This document shows positions 49,852 through 63,487 of a stretch of 64,000 bases of DNA, in pieces. Below the pieces are notes generated by a model, which ran no database searches, was not told the DNA's origin, and saw only the letters and a list, made by a program, of their open reading frames with translations. This stretch comes from Marsupella aquatica. Lineage: Eukaryota > Plantae > Marchantiophyta. Each line of letters opens with the position of its first letter. The first letter of the stretch is position 1. The stretch is taken from assembly GCA_973895155.1 (NCBI GenBank), contig OZ316896.1, positions 20,900,152 through 20,964,151 of the forward strand, given 5' to 3'. Both the position numbers and the translations under genes were made by a program.

Positions 49852-51794
49852 GGTTGCCTTGCCTTGAGTTGAGCTGAGCTGGACTTGGTTTGGGTTTGAG
49901 CTACCCATCCTTGGCTATATTACAGATAAATATATAGTACCAATAATGGCTTGCCAAAGTTTGGTTAAGTTGATTGAGGGTGGGTTGGTTTGGGCTAGAT
50001 CAATGAGGCAACTGTAGAGTAGTGTAAAACTATGGAAAGCTTCTCTACCCAGTTTGGGCTCTCCCTCTTCTAATGATCAAAGGTACTGCTGGTTATAAGC
50101 ACTGCCCCTATCACACAAGAACCTAATGAGCAACCCAACAAGAAAGGATATCATGGAGGGTACATGCACCTCACTTTTTTGCAATGTGGGGACTGGGGAT
50201 CCACCAAGTATTATTTTTTGTCTTGACACTCCCATGTAACAACCAAAGGCAAAACCCGCACAGCAGAAGCCATAAAATGTAAAACCACACCCAGACTCAT
50301 CCAGAGGGTAACAGAGGGGAAAACAACGCCCAATCTTTACTGTAGTTAGCTATCAAAGTCTACTGGGCATGACCTACTCTGTAAAATGGAACCCTAGACA
50401 ACAATTAAGTTTAATAACATTTATTTAGAGTGTTTGGGCCAGGATGGGGAGTCTGGGTATAGGAACCCTTCCTGTATGTGCATACACGTGGGTATTGAGG
50501 CTAATAACGTCAAACTCACTAAAATGAGAGTTATCGCTGAAAGAGAATTATATCCCCACCGGACAGGATCGCAGTAACTTCAAAATCACCATCAGAAAGG
50601 CGGTAAAGAGGAGTTACCTCCTCTGAAACCGGTAAAAACAGGCCGTAACAGCCAATCTTATTCTGGGTGAGCAAATTTCTGGAATGAGCTCAGCGACGAG
50701 ACTATAGGAGCAGAGCAGAGAGGAGAGGAGAGGAGAGGAGAAGAAGAGTATGGAAGAGTGGAAGAGGAGCGGAACAGGGCAGGGATTGTGACTCTGTTAT
50801 CAATTCATTGCAGCTGTTGTTGGAGATGGAGATGGCTGCGGTCTCAGCTGCGAACGTTGGAGATGTTCTCGGATCCATAGCTGCGCGGGAGAGTGCTGCA
50901 ACCCCGGCAGAGTGCTGCAACCACCCAGGTGTGGATCTCGATCGGAGGCCATAGCGAACGAGCTGATGTCGCACATGAGGATTTGCTGGGTCCCAGCATC
51001 TGAGTGTGTTCAAGTTTTCGGGAAAAACACCTTTTCTGAAGTTGGCCTGTGTGAAATTCATGCAGCAGGTTCTGATCGGTGCCACTCGACCATACGCTCC
51101 CGTGGTCAATATCTTCAGAAGACCCATCTTGTGTATTCATTTTGCGGTAATTTTGTACGGAGAATTCATTGAATGAGGTTCCTGAATCGTAATGTGATGT
51201 TGGCTATCGAGTTTTCGAAGCTCCAGTCATGAATTTGAATTTGTCCGTTCTCTTATTCACAAAATCTCTACTTAGATATTGAAAACGCAGAGGGGGCGTT
51301 CTTAGATAATACTCGGTTCGTTTCGTGTTTTTGTCGCAGTGCGTTTCTCACCGTAAATCTAGCTCTTTGCTGGCGGTAGTTACTGACTTTATTTACACAA
51401 TGGCTCTCTTTCTCCCATGGAGCTCAGTTTTGAATGCTGGGGTATCTTGTGGATGTGACAGGTTCTGCTTGGTGCCATAGAGCCGTTGCCTCTTCAGCTG
51501 AACACCTTCAACAAAGTGCAACTCATCTTCCCCTTGCTGAGCAAAGTTTTCGGGTTATTATTCTAGTCTCCAAAGAAGACAGTCTAACAGATGAGTTTTC
51601 AGGATGACCCTCTTGCAGCTGAGTTTGTCAAATTGAACTCAAAAATACCGCAGTATGTACAAATTGAACTAATTGACGATATAGAAAAGACCTTATTTTA
51701 TGTCTTGAAACACTTCAATTGAATCGTTTATGCAACTGTGAGACGAATCACTTAAAGAACGGGTGAAAAGTTTGAAGTTAACAGGTTCGTCTGG

Positions 51795-54398
51795 TTGTGT
51801 CCATGTCTTTCCAAGCAACGAAATTGCATGAGTGGAACTTTATCAAAGAGTTTAGGGTTAGGAAAATCAAGTCTTGACGCCTCAACCAAAGAAGTCTCAG
51901 ATATAGAGGTTGAGACTCTTTGGCCAAGAGACTCAGATATTCTCCAAGGTGCAAGATATTCTTTATATACCTCATATTTGAAACCTCTGACACGAAGAAC
52001 AAACAAGGAGTGCAATTTTTGACCAGTCCGGGTTGTCTATGACAGGAAAGAAAACGATTGTAGAAGAGCGATGGCGGGAATTCTTTGCAGACCCTTCACA
52101 GTGGTGGGATCACAGGTCAGAGAAGGTAAACAGCTTACCAGAACCTGAAAGTGCAAAGGATTTCAATTGCTGTTTGACGCTCCATTCTATCGAATTTTTC
52201 TTATTTGCCTGTATCTCTGGTAACGCGGTTTTCAACTGGCTCTTAGAAGTGTGGCGCTGATCAATTAGACTGAACTTTCAGTTGTAGCTAAATGCAGGGT
52301 ATCCAGACTTTAAGCATAAGACGAAGACGGAGGCCCTTTGGGTTAGAGACAAATTGAGGCCCCCTTGGGTGGAAGCAGAGCTGGCTGTATTGGCTCTGGG
52401 GGCTGTCAAATTGAGCACTTTTTCACAGAATTTGAAGCTTGCAAGACTTGTTAAGTCCCGAGACTATGAGGAGGCAGTGGAGCTTATTCACCAAATGCAA
52501 CGAGATGGCAATCAGCCGGACAAATTTACTTTCACTAGAGTGCTGAATGCGTGTGCGGGTCTAAAATGCCTCGAAGAAGGCAGACTCGTCCATTCGCAAA
52601 TCGTTAAGACTGGCTGCGAGTCAGATGTGTTTGTAGGCAGTAGCCTCGTTGATATGTACGCCAAATGTGGTAGCATAGAGGATGGACGGGCCGTCTTCGA
52701 CAGCATGTCTGCACGCAATGTGGTGTGTTGGAATGCCATGATTCGGGGGTATGTCAGATGCGGAGAAGGGAAGAAGGCATTGAAACTGTTTCGGAAAATG
52801 AAACGGGAAGGCGTGGAGCCAAACCCTGTCACCTTTCTGGGGTTGGTAAATGCATGTGCGAGTTTGGAGGCATTGAAAGAAGGCCGCGCACTTCATGCTC
52901 AAATCATTAAAAGTGGTTTTGAGTCTGAAGAATTTGTGTCTGCAAGCCTCGTTGATATGTACTCTAAATGCGGTAACATAGAAAATGCTTGGCGAGTGTT
53001 CAGCAATATGCCTAGACGGGATGTAGTCTCATGGAATACAATGCTTCTTGGTTACAAGAATTGTGGGCAAGGGGAGAAAGCGTTGGAACTATTTCAACAA
53101 ATGCAACTTCAAGGGTTAGAACCAGATAGCATAACCTATGTAGGGGTGGTCAATGCTTGCACCAGTATTGGGGCCCTCGAAGAAGGCAGAAGCATTCATA
53201 CCGAGGTCATTCAAAGTGGGTTGCAGTCTAATCTCTATGTTTGTAACAGCCTGCTCGATATGTACAGTAAATGTGGGAGCGTGGAAGACGCTTGGAGAGT
53301 ATTTGATAATATGCCGACTCGGGATGTGGTCTCTTGGAATGCTATGATTATGGGTTATGTAAAATGTGGGCAAGGGCATAGGGCATTGGAACTATTTCGA
53401 CAAATGCAGCAAGAAGGAGTGTTGCCAGATTGTGTTACCTTTACAGGTGTGCTTAACGCATGTGGTAGTGCAGGAGCACTCTCAGAAGGTCGCCATGTTC
53501 ATGCCCAGGTCATTAAAAGTGGTTGTGAGTCTGATGTCTTGTCGGCTGTAGCCTCATCCACATGTACGCTACATGTGGAAAAATGGAGGAAGCTCGCACA
53601 GTCTTCAACGATATGCCTGAACGCAATGTGGTCTCTTGGAATGCTATGATCACGGGATATGTAAAATGTGGGCAATGGCAGAAAGCATTAGAACTATCTC
53701 GAGAAATGCAATGGGAGGGGGTGGAACCAGATCATGTCACCTTGTTGGGGGTGGTAAATGCATGTGTCAGTGTCTCAGCTCATGCAGACGACAAGGGCAT
53801 GGAGAATGCTTGGAGGATTTTTGAAGGTCTCCCCGCACGGAATCTGCTTTCTTGGAATGCAATGATTCTCGGACTTTTGAAATGCGAGCAATTCCAAAAA
53901 GTATTAGAGCTCTCGCGTAGAATGCAACAAGAAGGAGTGGATCCGGACAGAGTCACAAGTTTTGCGTTGCTGAAAGCATGTGCAACTGTAGGGGCACTTC
54001 AAGAAGGCAGAGTTATCCATACACAGATCCTTGAAAGGGGTTTGGTGTCTGATGTTCTGCTTGGTGGTTGCCTCATAAACATGTATGCCAAATGTGGGAG
54101 CATAGAGGATGCTTGGAAAGTATTCAACACGATGCCAACACACAATTCAGCCACTTGGAGTGCTTTGATTCAGGGACACATGGAGTGTGGAAAAGAACAG
54201 GAGGCCATGGACCTATCGCAAAGAATGCAACTGGACTGCAAGGAGCGTGACCCTATTTCCGTGATGGGGTTACTTAACATATGTTGTAATGTGCCGGGAC
54301 TTGAACTGACCAAGAGTGGCCATTCACAAAGTCTCCAAAGGGAATTTGAATCCGATACATTGGCCAGCACTAGCCTTCTCCCAAATATGGGAGCATAG
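51795..54398 (+). pseudogene. PLS-class PPR protein with N-terminal OSB-type PDF motif; frameshifted; no E/DYW domain; further 5' exons likely from ~50826
   Basis: P-L-S repeats (VVSWNAMI.GY.KCG, LVDMYAKCGS). Intron 52126-52287 joins WREFFADPSQWWDHRSEK to LNAGYPDFKHKTKTEALW. 1-nt frameshifts near 52020 and 53540. Confidence 0.85.
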
Positions 54399-54992
54399 GT
54401 TGTCGGTCTCTATCTTATCCTGTTACTCCTCGGATGTTTGGTAATGCTGTGCTGGCGGTATATTTACTGCTCGTCAAAGGACTCTCTTCGATAATGCCAG
54501 GGCGTTGAGATGGAGACGAGTTCTTTCTTGTTCCAGCTTTCAGTAGACATTCGGGCCACCGAAGGCTGGTCTGGTTGGAAGCCCTCCATTTATTTCACTG
54601 TTGTAATCCAGCAATTGTGCTGGACCAGTGTTTGCGTGTCAGTTTCGACCTGTGCTAGATGGACGTTATCACAACGTTGTTCTGGCTTTTCTCAACTTGA
54701 CAGCATGATGAACTAGCGCGCTTCTCGCGAAAACGTCCACAAATTTCAGAGGAAAGCAATTATTGTAAGAATCTCAGGAACTGCATGGCTTCAAGAATGG
54801 AATTATTTCTTGCTTTGCTGAGTTGTCATGCCTGTTCTTACTTATGTGATTAGTTTCTTACAATGCCTACTGGATCTTACTTCTCTTATTGAAAGCATGT
54901 CTAGTACTATTATATCATAGAAAGGATGGTATTCCAACTTATGAAAGAAAGGATAGGGTAAGCAATAAATGATTATTCAAATCTGAAATGCG

Positions 54993-56183
54993 TCAATTTA
55001 CTCTTTGCAGGAAGCAGAGATCATCGACCGAGTTCAAATGCCAGCAGAGAGATTGGGCTTGGTGGGTTGCGCTAGATTGATTAATACCTCTCAGATTGTT
55101 GAGCTCAATGTCAACCTTGAGTCCACGTTCTGGTCTCATGATGAAGATGAGCAGGTTCTTTTTCATTAGGTTCTGTCCATAGTTTTCCGTCTTAGCACGG
55201 GCAAAGCTCTGCAATCCTCTTCGCCCATCACATATTGTTAAAGACCATGAACATATCCAGAGTGGCCCACTCCCACATGGGTCTTTCGGGAAGTGGATTT
55301 TATTGGGTCTTTCCCACTCTAAGCTGGAGAGTTGTCCGAAATTTTCGGGAAGAGATTTTATTGGGCAGGAGGAGAAAAAAAGACGGGTTAGAGCGGAGAG
55401 CAGCCCAAAAGATTCGGGCAGAGATTGTATGTCACAGGAGGCAAATGAAAGATGTTCTAAGCTGGAGACTTGTCCGAAAGATTGAGGGAGGAGTTTCAAG
55501 CTGGGGCAATGTCTGAATTGAAGACGGGTTAAGGCAGAGAGTTGCCCGAAGGATTCAGGCAACCGTCCCAACAAGTCACACCTTTCGAATTCAAGGTGCT
55601 CTAACGCCCTCAGTTGTCCAAATGACTCACACAAGCTTCCGAGTGACCTGCACCCATAGAATTGAAGCTGTCGCAAAGCGCTGAGTTGCCCGAAGGACTC
55701 AGGCAAGCTTTCCAAATCAGGACATTCACAGAATGTAAGGTGTCGCAAAGCGCTGAGTTGCCCGAATGACTCAGGCAAGCTTTGCAAGCCCTCACAAGAT
55801 CCCAATCTGAGGTGTCGCAACGCGCTGAGTTGCCCGAAGGATCTGGGTAGGGAATGGCATCTTGCGCCATTCAATTTTATTTCAAGATGGCCTAATTTGG
55901 AGAGCTGCCCAATAGAAGTCGGCACGTCCTCCATGCCCCATAGTTTCAGACCAACCAGATCTTTTTGGAGGGCAGGGTTGAAGAGAACCTGACCATGACA
56001 GCTCAGCAAGACAAGCTGGGTTGGTAGCGATGTATCATCCGTCGCTCCAACAATCTGAATATCGTCGTTCATTTCCAAGAACCGCAACTTCTTCGTATTC
56101 TGGAAAGCCATTCTTGAACTCTGGACCTGAATAACCCCATTCTCATGGTGGACCTGCAGGGCACGAACTTCCTGCAATTCCAA
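54993..56183 (-). CDS. LRR exon of the NLR (24-aa repeats LPESFGQLSALRHL)
   Basis: About 9 regular LRR units. The repeat pattern breaks after ...LSSLEW at ~55315. Confidence 0.92.
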   Translation of the reverse strand: MELQEVRALQVHHENGVIQVQSSRMAFQNTKKLRFLEMNDDIQIVGATDDTSLPTQLVLLSCHGQVLFNPALQKDLVGLKLWGMEDVPTSIGQLSKLGHLEIKLNGARCHSLPRSFGQLSALRHLRLGSCEGLQSLPESFGQLSALRHLTFCECPDLESLPESFGQLSALRQLQFYGCRSLGSLCESFGQLRALEHLEFERCDLLGRLPESFGQLSALTRLQFRHCPSLKLLPQSFGQVSSLEHLSFASCDIQSLPESFGLLSALTRLFFSSCPIKSLPENFGQLSSLEWERPNKIHFPKDPCGSGPLWICSWSLTICDGRRGLQSFARAKTENYGQNLMKKNLLIFIMRPERGLKVDIELNNLRGINQSSATHQAQSLCWHLNSVDDLCFLQRVN

Positions 56184-56525
56184 ATGAAAAAAACCTTTAG
56201 GTTAACACTACCGCAACTTTTGGGTGAAGATGGATCAGCAATTGAAACAAACTCGCCTTCTGTGGCTCATCCTCAGATTTATTGAACCACCCAAACACGT
56301 CTGCCCAGATGCTTCCTAGGTTAGCATTTTTCCATCGGAGGTGCTTGCACCCACCTTACATGACACGACTGGGGGCCCAAAGAAAAGAAGGAAAAGAGCC
56401 ACACATGGCACTCATTCCCACTTCAACAAACCCTTTGCCAAAAATTGACCCAGTTCAAATGTAAACTTTTGCAAATGTTTACTTGGAATCTTGGCTAATG
56501 GATGCGAATTGCAAACTAAGATGTT

Positions 56526-57641
56526 TTAATTAAATACCTTTCCATGCGATGCATCTGATGTTCCAAGCAACTCAACTTCCCCATTTCTATTGCACATCCA
56601 AACCTGGTACTTGCCGTTGTGCTCAGGCTCAGATGCAATCATTCTTCCAACACTTCGGAGTTGCTCATGCACCTTGATATAGTCATCCTCTCCCACATCA
56701 TAGACAAGAGACGTGTCTACCAAGGTTTGCCACAGTAACTCACTCACCTCTCCATAAGCTGCTCTCCATGCCAGTTTGGCTTTACCCAATGTCCAGACCC
56801 AGCTCTCACAAAAGAAGTTTGTGGCATCCAAAAAAATCTCCTGCTCCTTCTCTCCAAGGCTGTCAAAACTCAGCCTCAACTTCGCCGATAATCTGTCGTT
56901 CAAGTTTTTCACTTTTTCTGCTCTCTGTAACACACTTAGAGTATCTTTCCAGACCTCGTGCTTCTCTTTCCCCCGTAGGTACTTCCCCACGACCTCTAGG
57001 GCTAGAGGCAGCCCATCGCATTTCCTGACAACGTCTTCAACAAGAATTTCCAGCTCCACATCTAGCATTGTTGGCTCTGGAAACGCATGCTTCATGAATA
57101 ACAATTTAGCATGGTTCTCAGCCATGAAATGGACCTCGTGAATTGCGCCCACGTCCTTCAAAATGTCATGCTCACGAGACGTCCAAATGAAGCGGCTTGC
57201 TGGATCTGTATCTTCAGCTAAGTCAAGTAAAACATTAATATCACGATCAGAGACGTCATCCAAAGCCAGGAGCAACTGTTTACCCCTCAAGATAGACAAA
57301 TTGCGTTCTCCTCCAACCTTCTTGCCTTGGAAATGCAAACATTTCCACAACTCTTCCTTCACATCATCCTCCCTCCCTTTGATAAGTTTCACGTCTGAAA
57401 CAAAGCAAGTATAATCAAACTTGGGCCCCAAAATGTTGAAGATCGCCTTTGCTCGCGTGGTCTTCCCTAGTCCTCCCATGCCAACCAAGCCTAGTGTTGT
57501 CACACTTTCCAGCTTGCTTAGGATTTTTTCTTCTTCACCGTGCATGTCAGTCATGTGCTGGGGTAGACGCTGGAAGTTTTGAGGGCGAGCACCTCCCACA
57601 GAAGTTTTGTTTTCTATCCTTGCTTTCTCCTGCAGTTCCAA
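56526..57641 (-). CDS. NB-ARC exon of the NLR
   Basis: P-loop GMGGLGKTT, kinase-2 LLALDDV, RNBS-B SRFIWTSR, GLPLAL, MHD-position VHEQLR. Confidence 0.95.
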   Translation of the reverse strand: MELQEKARIENKTSVGGARPQNFQRLPQHMTDMHGEEEKILSKLESVTTLGLVGMGGLGKTTRAKAIFNILGPKFDYTCFVSDVKLIKGREDDVKEELWKCLHFQGKKVGGERNLSILRGKQLLLALDDVSDRDINVLLDLAEDTDPASRFIWTSREHDILKDVGAIHEVHFMAENHAKLLFMKHAFPEPTMLDVELEILVEDVVRKCDGLPLALEVVGKYLRGKEKHEVWKDTLSVLQRAEKVKNLNDRLSAKLRLSFDSLGEKEQEIFLDATNFFCESWVWTLGKAKLAWRAAYGEVSELLWQTLVDTSLVYDVGEDDYIKVHEQLRSVGRMIASEPEHNGKYQVWMCNRNGEVELLGTSDASHGKVFN

Positions 57642-60600
57642 GAATTGGAGTGGTCAAGATGTTTTGAAATTGGGAAGGAAAAAAGGTAACTATTGATAAA
57701 GCCCATAAAAAGTGCTAGCTTAACTGATGATACATGATGGGTCAAATGACCCTGGAAATATGAGAAAGTGCTTGTCTCAGATGAATCTCGCGCTTTTACA
57801 AGAGAGATTCTGGCAATGTTTGAAATGGGGTCCTTCAGGGCCGAGATCCTCTTGGCAACTTCACTCACCAATTTAGAGACTGAACAGCTGTCTGCTACCA
57901 CAAGATGGGAATACTCTGTCTCTTGGGCAGACACCTCTGGTAATCCATACCCTGCAAGGCGAGAACACACAGTTGCTAAGTCCAGCCTTTGTCTAGAACC
58001 CCAAGACAGCATTCACCTTCTCTTCAAGTCCAAGTACAGTTGAGGGGCAAGTCAAGAGACACACTAGTACAAGAATTATGAGGGGTTGCTCTAGATGGGA
58101 AAACAAATCACCTAAAATAATGTGTACAGTCCAGACACTACAAGATAACTAAAAAGTAATTGAGCAATAGGGAGCCCAGCTATCTGCAAAAGAAATAACG
58201 CATAACGTCGATCTCAATTCAAGCAGGCTTTTCCGATATGCTAAGCTTGACATACCTGTGTTGGTGTTGTGCTCACGTTCGAAAGAGTCCATTATTGGGT
58301 TTTCCCGCAACTCACACTGTGTCATATTCTTGCTAAGAGACGTCTCACCCTCCAGTGGAGCCACAGGAGTACTTGGCAATATTGTTGGAACCTGCTTAGA
58401 CCACTCTGTCACTTGGTTACTGAGAGACGTCTGGCTCACTTGAACCACTTGAACAGACATCTCGGTCCTCTCCATGCTCTTGAGAAGAGCTACCAGACTT
58501 GCATTTGTAAACTGCTCAGACAATTCTTTCATTTTCTTAGAGAGAGCATCAAATTGCTCCTTATTTACAGTTGCAAGGCCAAATCTGGCAGTCCATTCAA
58601 GACAAACAATGAAAACCATTAGATTTCGCTTGAAGAATCAATTAAATCCATACAAATCCACAATGACCTTGGCAAAAATCCAGCTTCCAAGAAAATATGT
58701 GCCCTAGAATGCACGAGCTTTAATGCTAAAAGCGGGTTAACATATATCCGGATACCTTATCAAGGCGCCACTCTTTGTGTATTTACAACAGAAGGAGACC
58801 CCCTTGATTGTCGCTATGAGAACCTTCTGTACCAGGTCACCATATATCTTCCGGGAGAAATGGATACGCTTTGACCATACACTTCCCAAGCTCTAACATG
58901 CTTTCCAAAAGAGCCAAGCAATTTCCAGAATTGTCGCTGACCAGATTTACTCGCTCTAAAACATATGCAACCATTGAAAGCGCTACAGCAGCATAGTGCA
59001 CGTTTCCAATTCCGCCCAGACATTGTTGTAGTAGAGTATATGATTCACGCGCTACCATGTTTCCAGAAGTCTGTCATTCCAGAACACAGATAGTTAGTGG
59101 CTGGAGAGCTCTTGTTGACTGGATGCCAGAAATCTAGCTTTAGAGAGCTTGGGAGCTTCCTCTGGGGGTACATGAAATGCTGTGAATTGATGCCCGAGTC
59201 ATTCCCGTGAACAATGATCAGTGTTGTCGATCTATTGGCTGAACAAGGAGTGAAGGGATGCTTTGAGCATTTCCACAGGCAGATAATCCATGATTTCTAG
59301 TCCAGGCTTCAAATGATCTGTCATTCCATACACCAGGCATTGTGATCTAAAGCTGAAGCTCAGAGGAAGAGAAAACAAAATCAAGAACCCAAAGAAAGTA
59401 ATTACCAAACTCGGCTTATAGCCGATCTCGCTGAATTTTTGCAGCATTATCTCTGTATCGTTCACGATGCCAGTCACTTTGCACAGCAGTTTGCTGTCTC
59501 CTTTGATGGCTTTTTCGACTTTGTCTGTATCGTTGGTACTTGCAATTATCACTTTGCTCATCAACTCGCTTTGTTCTTTCTTCACTCTTTTCCCCCACCA
59601 CTTCTTGTTTACTTTTTTTAACTCCGCTTCCTCGTAAGCTTCTTGAATTCCCTGCGGTCCAAATGGCAGCCAAAATCGGAGGTTTCTTCTTCAGGACAGA
59701 GATTAACGGAGACATTCACAGTCAGTTTTTGAGCATTTCTGTAGCAATGACCTTCGATTGGACAAAAGAAGACTCTTCGGCGAAACATAAGAACTTTTTA
59801 ATTTCACCGGTCAGTTTATTTTGAGCTTGTTCGGATGGACAATTTCTTCCCTGTCGATTCAATACTTTCTATATTGAGGGAGTGTTAGTGCCTGTCACGA
59901 CTGACTCATTCCCGGGCATTACAGGACTTCAGTCATTGACACAGTCACCACTAACGGAAAACGAGATCTGGAGAGAGGCAGAAACTGATCAGACTGTAAA
60001 TTAAATTGTCATTCACGTACGCACCTTCTCGATAACTTTCAAAACCTCCTGCAGCTCGTCAACATCTCCGAGCCGGTTGAGTTTCAGAAGGTTACAAAGC
60101 TCTTCAAAATCTGTGGACATCGTGTCCGACGGTAAAATTTGCTGCCTTCCCGTAGAGGCCTCGGCTTCCTCAACTTTGCCGGTGGCCGGCAGCAGCGTCG
60201 GCTTCGTCTCTTCAATTTCATTCTGAGCCCCACCAATGCTTTCGGCGACCGGTTGCTGCATTGGCTTGGACCTTACTGTAGTTTCACGATCAGGAAGAAG
60301 GCTTCCCTTCCCGGCCAAACGGCTGGAGCATGTTGGCACACGAAATCAAGCACCATCAGTAGGCACATCTCGGACTCCTGGTTTACCACAAGCAATTGAT
60401 TTGATGCAAGTCTAGCGGCAGGAGGAGCCCCATATATAGGAACGACTAAATATCCCGGCATGAGCGACTCAAGGGGACTCTGACAAGACAGTAGAATGTT
60501 CTTCACAAAAGCCGGAAAAGTAAATTACAAGAATGCATGCCGTCCGTCCTGATCAACGAATCCAATCTCCGATCTCCTCGGAGCCGCATTTTTTAAGCGT

Positions 60601-62856
60601 TAAGTAACACACACCCGGTGTGCTCTCTCCTGGGCACGGGCCTGGGCATCCATCTCCTACTGCGGAGAAAACAGATAAGTAAGACGTGACAACGGGATGC
60701 CCAGGCCCGTTCTTAAAGTGTTTTTTTAACAATTTCGAGCCGGCTGAAGTGTTTTTTAAGCGTTAAGTAACCCACGGAATTCGGCTACAGGGGGGACATT
60801 CGCAGCTCCTGTACGTAAAGGTCCTCTAACGCGGTCTCGATCTGAAACGACACTCTTTGTAGCTTAATTTCTGGGAAGGTCGTCATTCACCCATTCGGTA
60901 ATCAATATAACGTACCCATTCATTCAAGACTTTCCTTTCCCGAGCTCCGGAATATATATATATTACTTCCAGCTAGTGTAAAAGGTTTTACGCGGATTGT
61001 TGAGACTAAGGGGGATAGCCCGAGCGCTGCAACTGTGAACCTGCTCGACTAGATACATGAGAACGAAGGCCCGGAGCGCTCGGCAATCGAAGGAAGGACT
61101 TTGACAATATCAGCTAGCTCCGTTCCCGGTGCCAAACTTCGAGACCCAGTATAATTTTTGTCTATTGTATCTCGTAACGTCAGTGTGTTATAGAGACTAG
61201 CTCCGTTCCCCGATAATCTTCGAGACCCATGACAACTTTTGTCTACTTTTTCTCGTAAGTCCGTCAATTTTTTTCCTTCCCCCCCGTTTCCAGTCCTGTT
61301 TCGTTTCCCGTTTGATAGAACGAGTTCATTGGTCATTTACTTCACTTCTTTTTACTGATGCTCTCGAATGGAATACCCACGAGACGTTCGCTGTGGAAGT
61401 CAACAGATGAATTACTTTTCACCTTGGCCCATTTTTCTTGTGCAATTCCGATTTCATCCGTGGTCATCTGTTGGATGACGATGTTGTGTGTTAAACTATT
61501 GGGAGGCTTAGAGGCTCATCCTGTGGTCTAAGGAGCTGAGGCAGAATTATTAGAATCTATCACTGTTGTACTGAGGAAGACGCACCGGAGGCCAGGTTAA
61601 GTAGAGGCTGGAGCAACCGGGAAAAGGGGAGGATCAACGGACCAGCAGACTAACCTAAGATCAACAGCTAATCTGTCTGCCGTGAGTTGCGCATAAGCGA
61701 CAAGGGAGCAACGGCACAAAGAGACTAGGAGCCGCAGCAGCCAGCGGCTAATACGTAACACAGCTTACGAGTAATACTGTTCTAACAAGAATTGCTTTAT
61801 ATTACTTACAACCAGCTCGTGGAGAAGACTTACCCTGGATGTTGAGATGACATTATGTAAACTTACAGTGCGCACACTGGTGCAAAAAAATGCCAGCGTG
61901 TTGGGCTTAGGAGCCTTATACCCAACTTCTTAAAATTCCGGTTGTATATCTCACGTTGAGCGTTGTTCTTTACTTAGACATGCGTCATCACTGTCTACCA
62001 GGGTAAGTCAAGAGGTTCCGTCTGGAAGATTAATTTTGCGTTTACTGATGTAAGTGGTGTCTTGACTATGGAGGTCCGTGTATTTTAGTGGACGACTCTT
62101 CAGATTTTGCGTCCACCTCTCCTCTAAGTTGATCACGTTTGTAGGAGTCAGAGCTTTTTGCAACTGTGATAGCCTGCTCAATATATTTGGTTAATTATTT
62201 TGAGTTCCGTTCCAGAATGGATCAGGTTCCAGCAAAATTAAGAAGATCAGAAGCAGCCAAACTATAAAGACGAAACATTCTTCCACCAAATAAATATCAG
62301 AGGTACTGTCCAAGCACTAATTTTGGAGAGTCCCAATTACAACGAGCATCTTCATACTACTACAAGTGATACTACGGGCAATAAAAGAACACACAAAACC
62401 TTTCCGATTCTGCTTACGAAACGAATAAAAGCGTGAGACATCAAACTTCTGCAAATATGTGCCCATCCGTTGCAGTTTTTCGTTCCTAATCTCTGCTGTT
62501 TTCAGGACGCAGCTGGCGTTGCAGCTTGTGGACCCCCGTGTGGACCACCATCAGCAACTAAGGCGACCTCATAGATGTATGTTCCACTCCCTGCTGTTGC
62601 AAGACGACATGTTGGACACCTCAGGTCAGGATTATTAGTATACAGATCTCTGGTCTGTGCTTGCTAACCTTACCTATCACTGAAGACAAAGCATAAAAAA
62701 CTATCACGAGGACCCAAATCTCAAGCTTGGCTGAGAAGCAAAAATGTCAGTAAAACTGAACCTCAAATACTGGCTAGAACATATTGTATGATACCTTTGA
62801 ATGATGAGTGAAAGATCAACCTATTCATTAAAAGTATATTATTATTTTATTTATAG

Positions 62857-63157
62857 TGTACTTTTGGGCGAGGAAAAGTGTACATTTGGCCAATTAAAAG
62901 TGTACATTTGGGGATAAAAAATGTACAATTGGCCTAAAGAGTGTACATTTAGACAATAAAAAGTGTATACTTGAACATCAAAATAGGTACATTTGGCTTT
63001 AAAAGTGTACATTTGAGTACATTTGGCCTAGAAAGTGTACATTTGAGTGAAAGAAACATACATTTGGCTTAAAAAGTGTACATTTAAGTGCAGTTGGTCT
63101 AGAAAGTGTAACTTTGAGTGCAACAAAGTGTACATTTGGCCTAAAAACTGTACATTT
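62857..63157. repeat. ~21-bp subterminal tandem repeats AAAGTGTACATTTGG
   Basis: More than 10 copies with the palindromic core TGTACA. Confidence 0.9.
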
Positions 63158-63487
63158 TCCTACCAACTCTTATTATAATCATTTAAAAGAAAAGAATGAA
63201 TAGAAAAATATTTTTAATTATGCAAAAAAGCAAACATTCATATTCATAACGATCAAAAATTTAGAAAATGAGGAGATAGTATAATTAACACTCAATGACA
63301 TGGTCTCACATTAAAACTATTAGAATAGTAAATAACTAGTACGTAAGTTACTATGTTTGAATGAGTGTCGACTATTTACATAAAAACTAGGTAAGTAACT
63401 ATCTAAATTAATTTAATTATTATAGCTTCGCAAGTAACAACTAAGTCTACTTGTCCATTCTTTGGAGATAACTTTGGACAGTTTGTA

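Larger units (their letters stand above)
54993..60339 (-). pseudogene. NLR (N-terminal helical domain, NB-ARC, LRR), multi-exon, probably degenerate
   Basis: NB-ARC and LRR exons listed separately. Upstream helical exons at 57614-58012, 58149-58619, 58837-59058, 59232-59585 and 60013-60339, with in-frame stops near 59232 and 59200. Exon model tentative. Confidence 0.7.
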
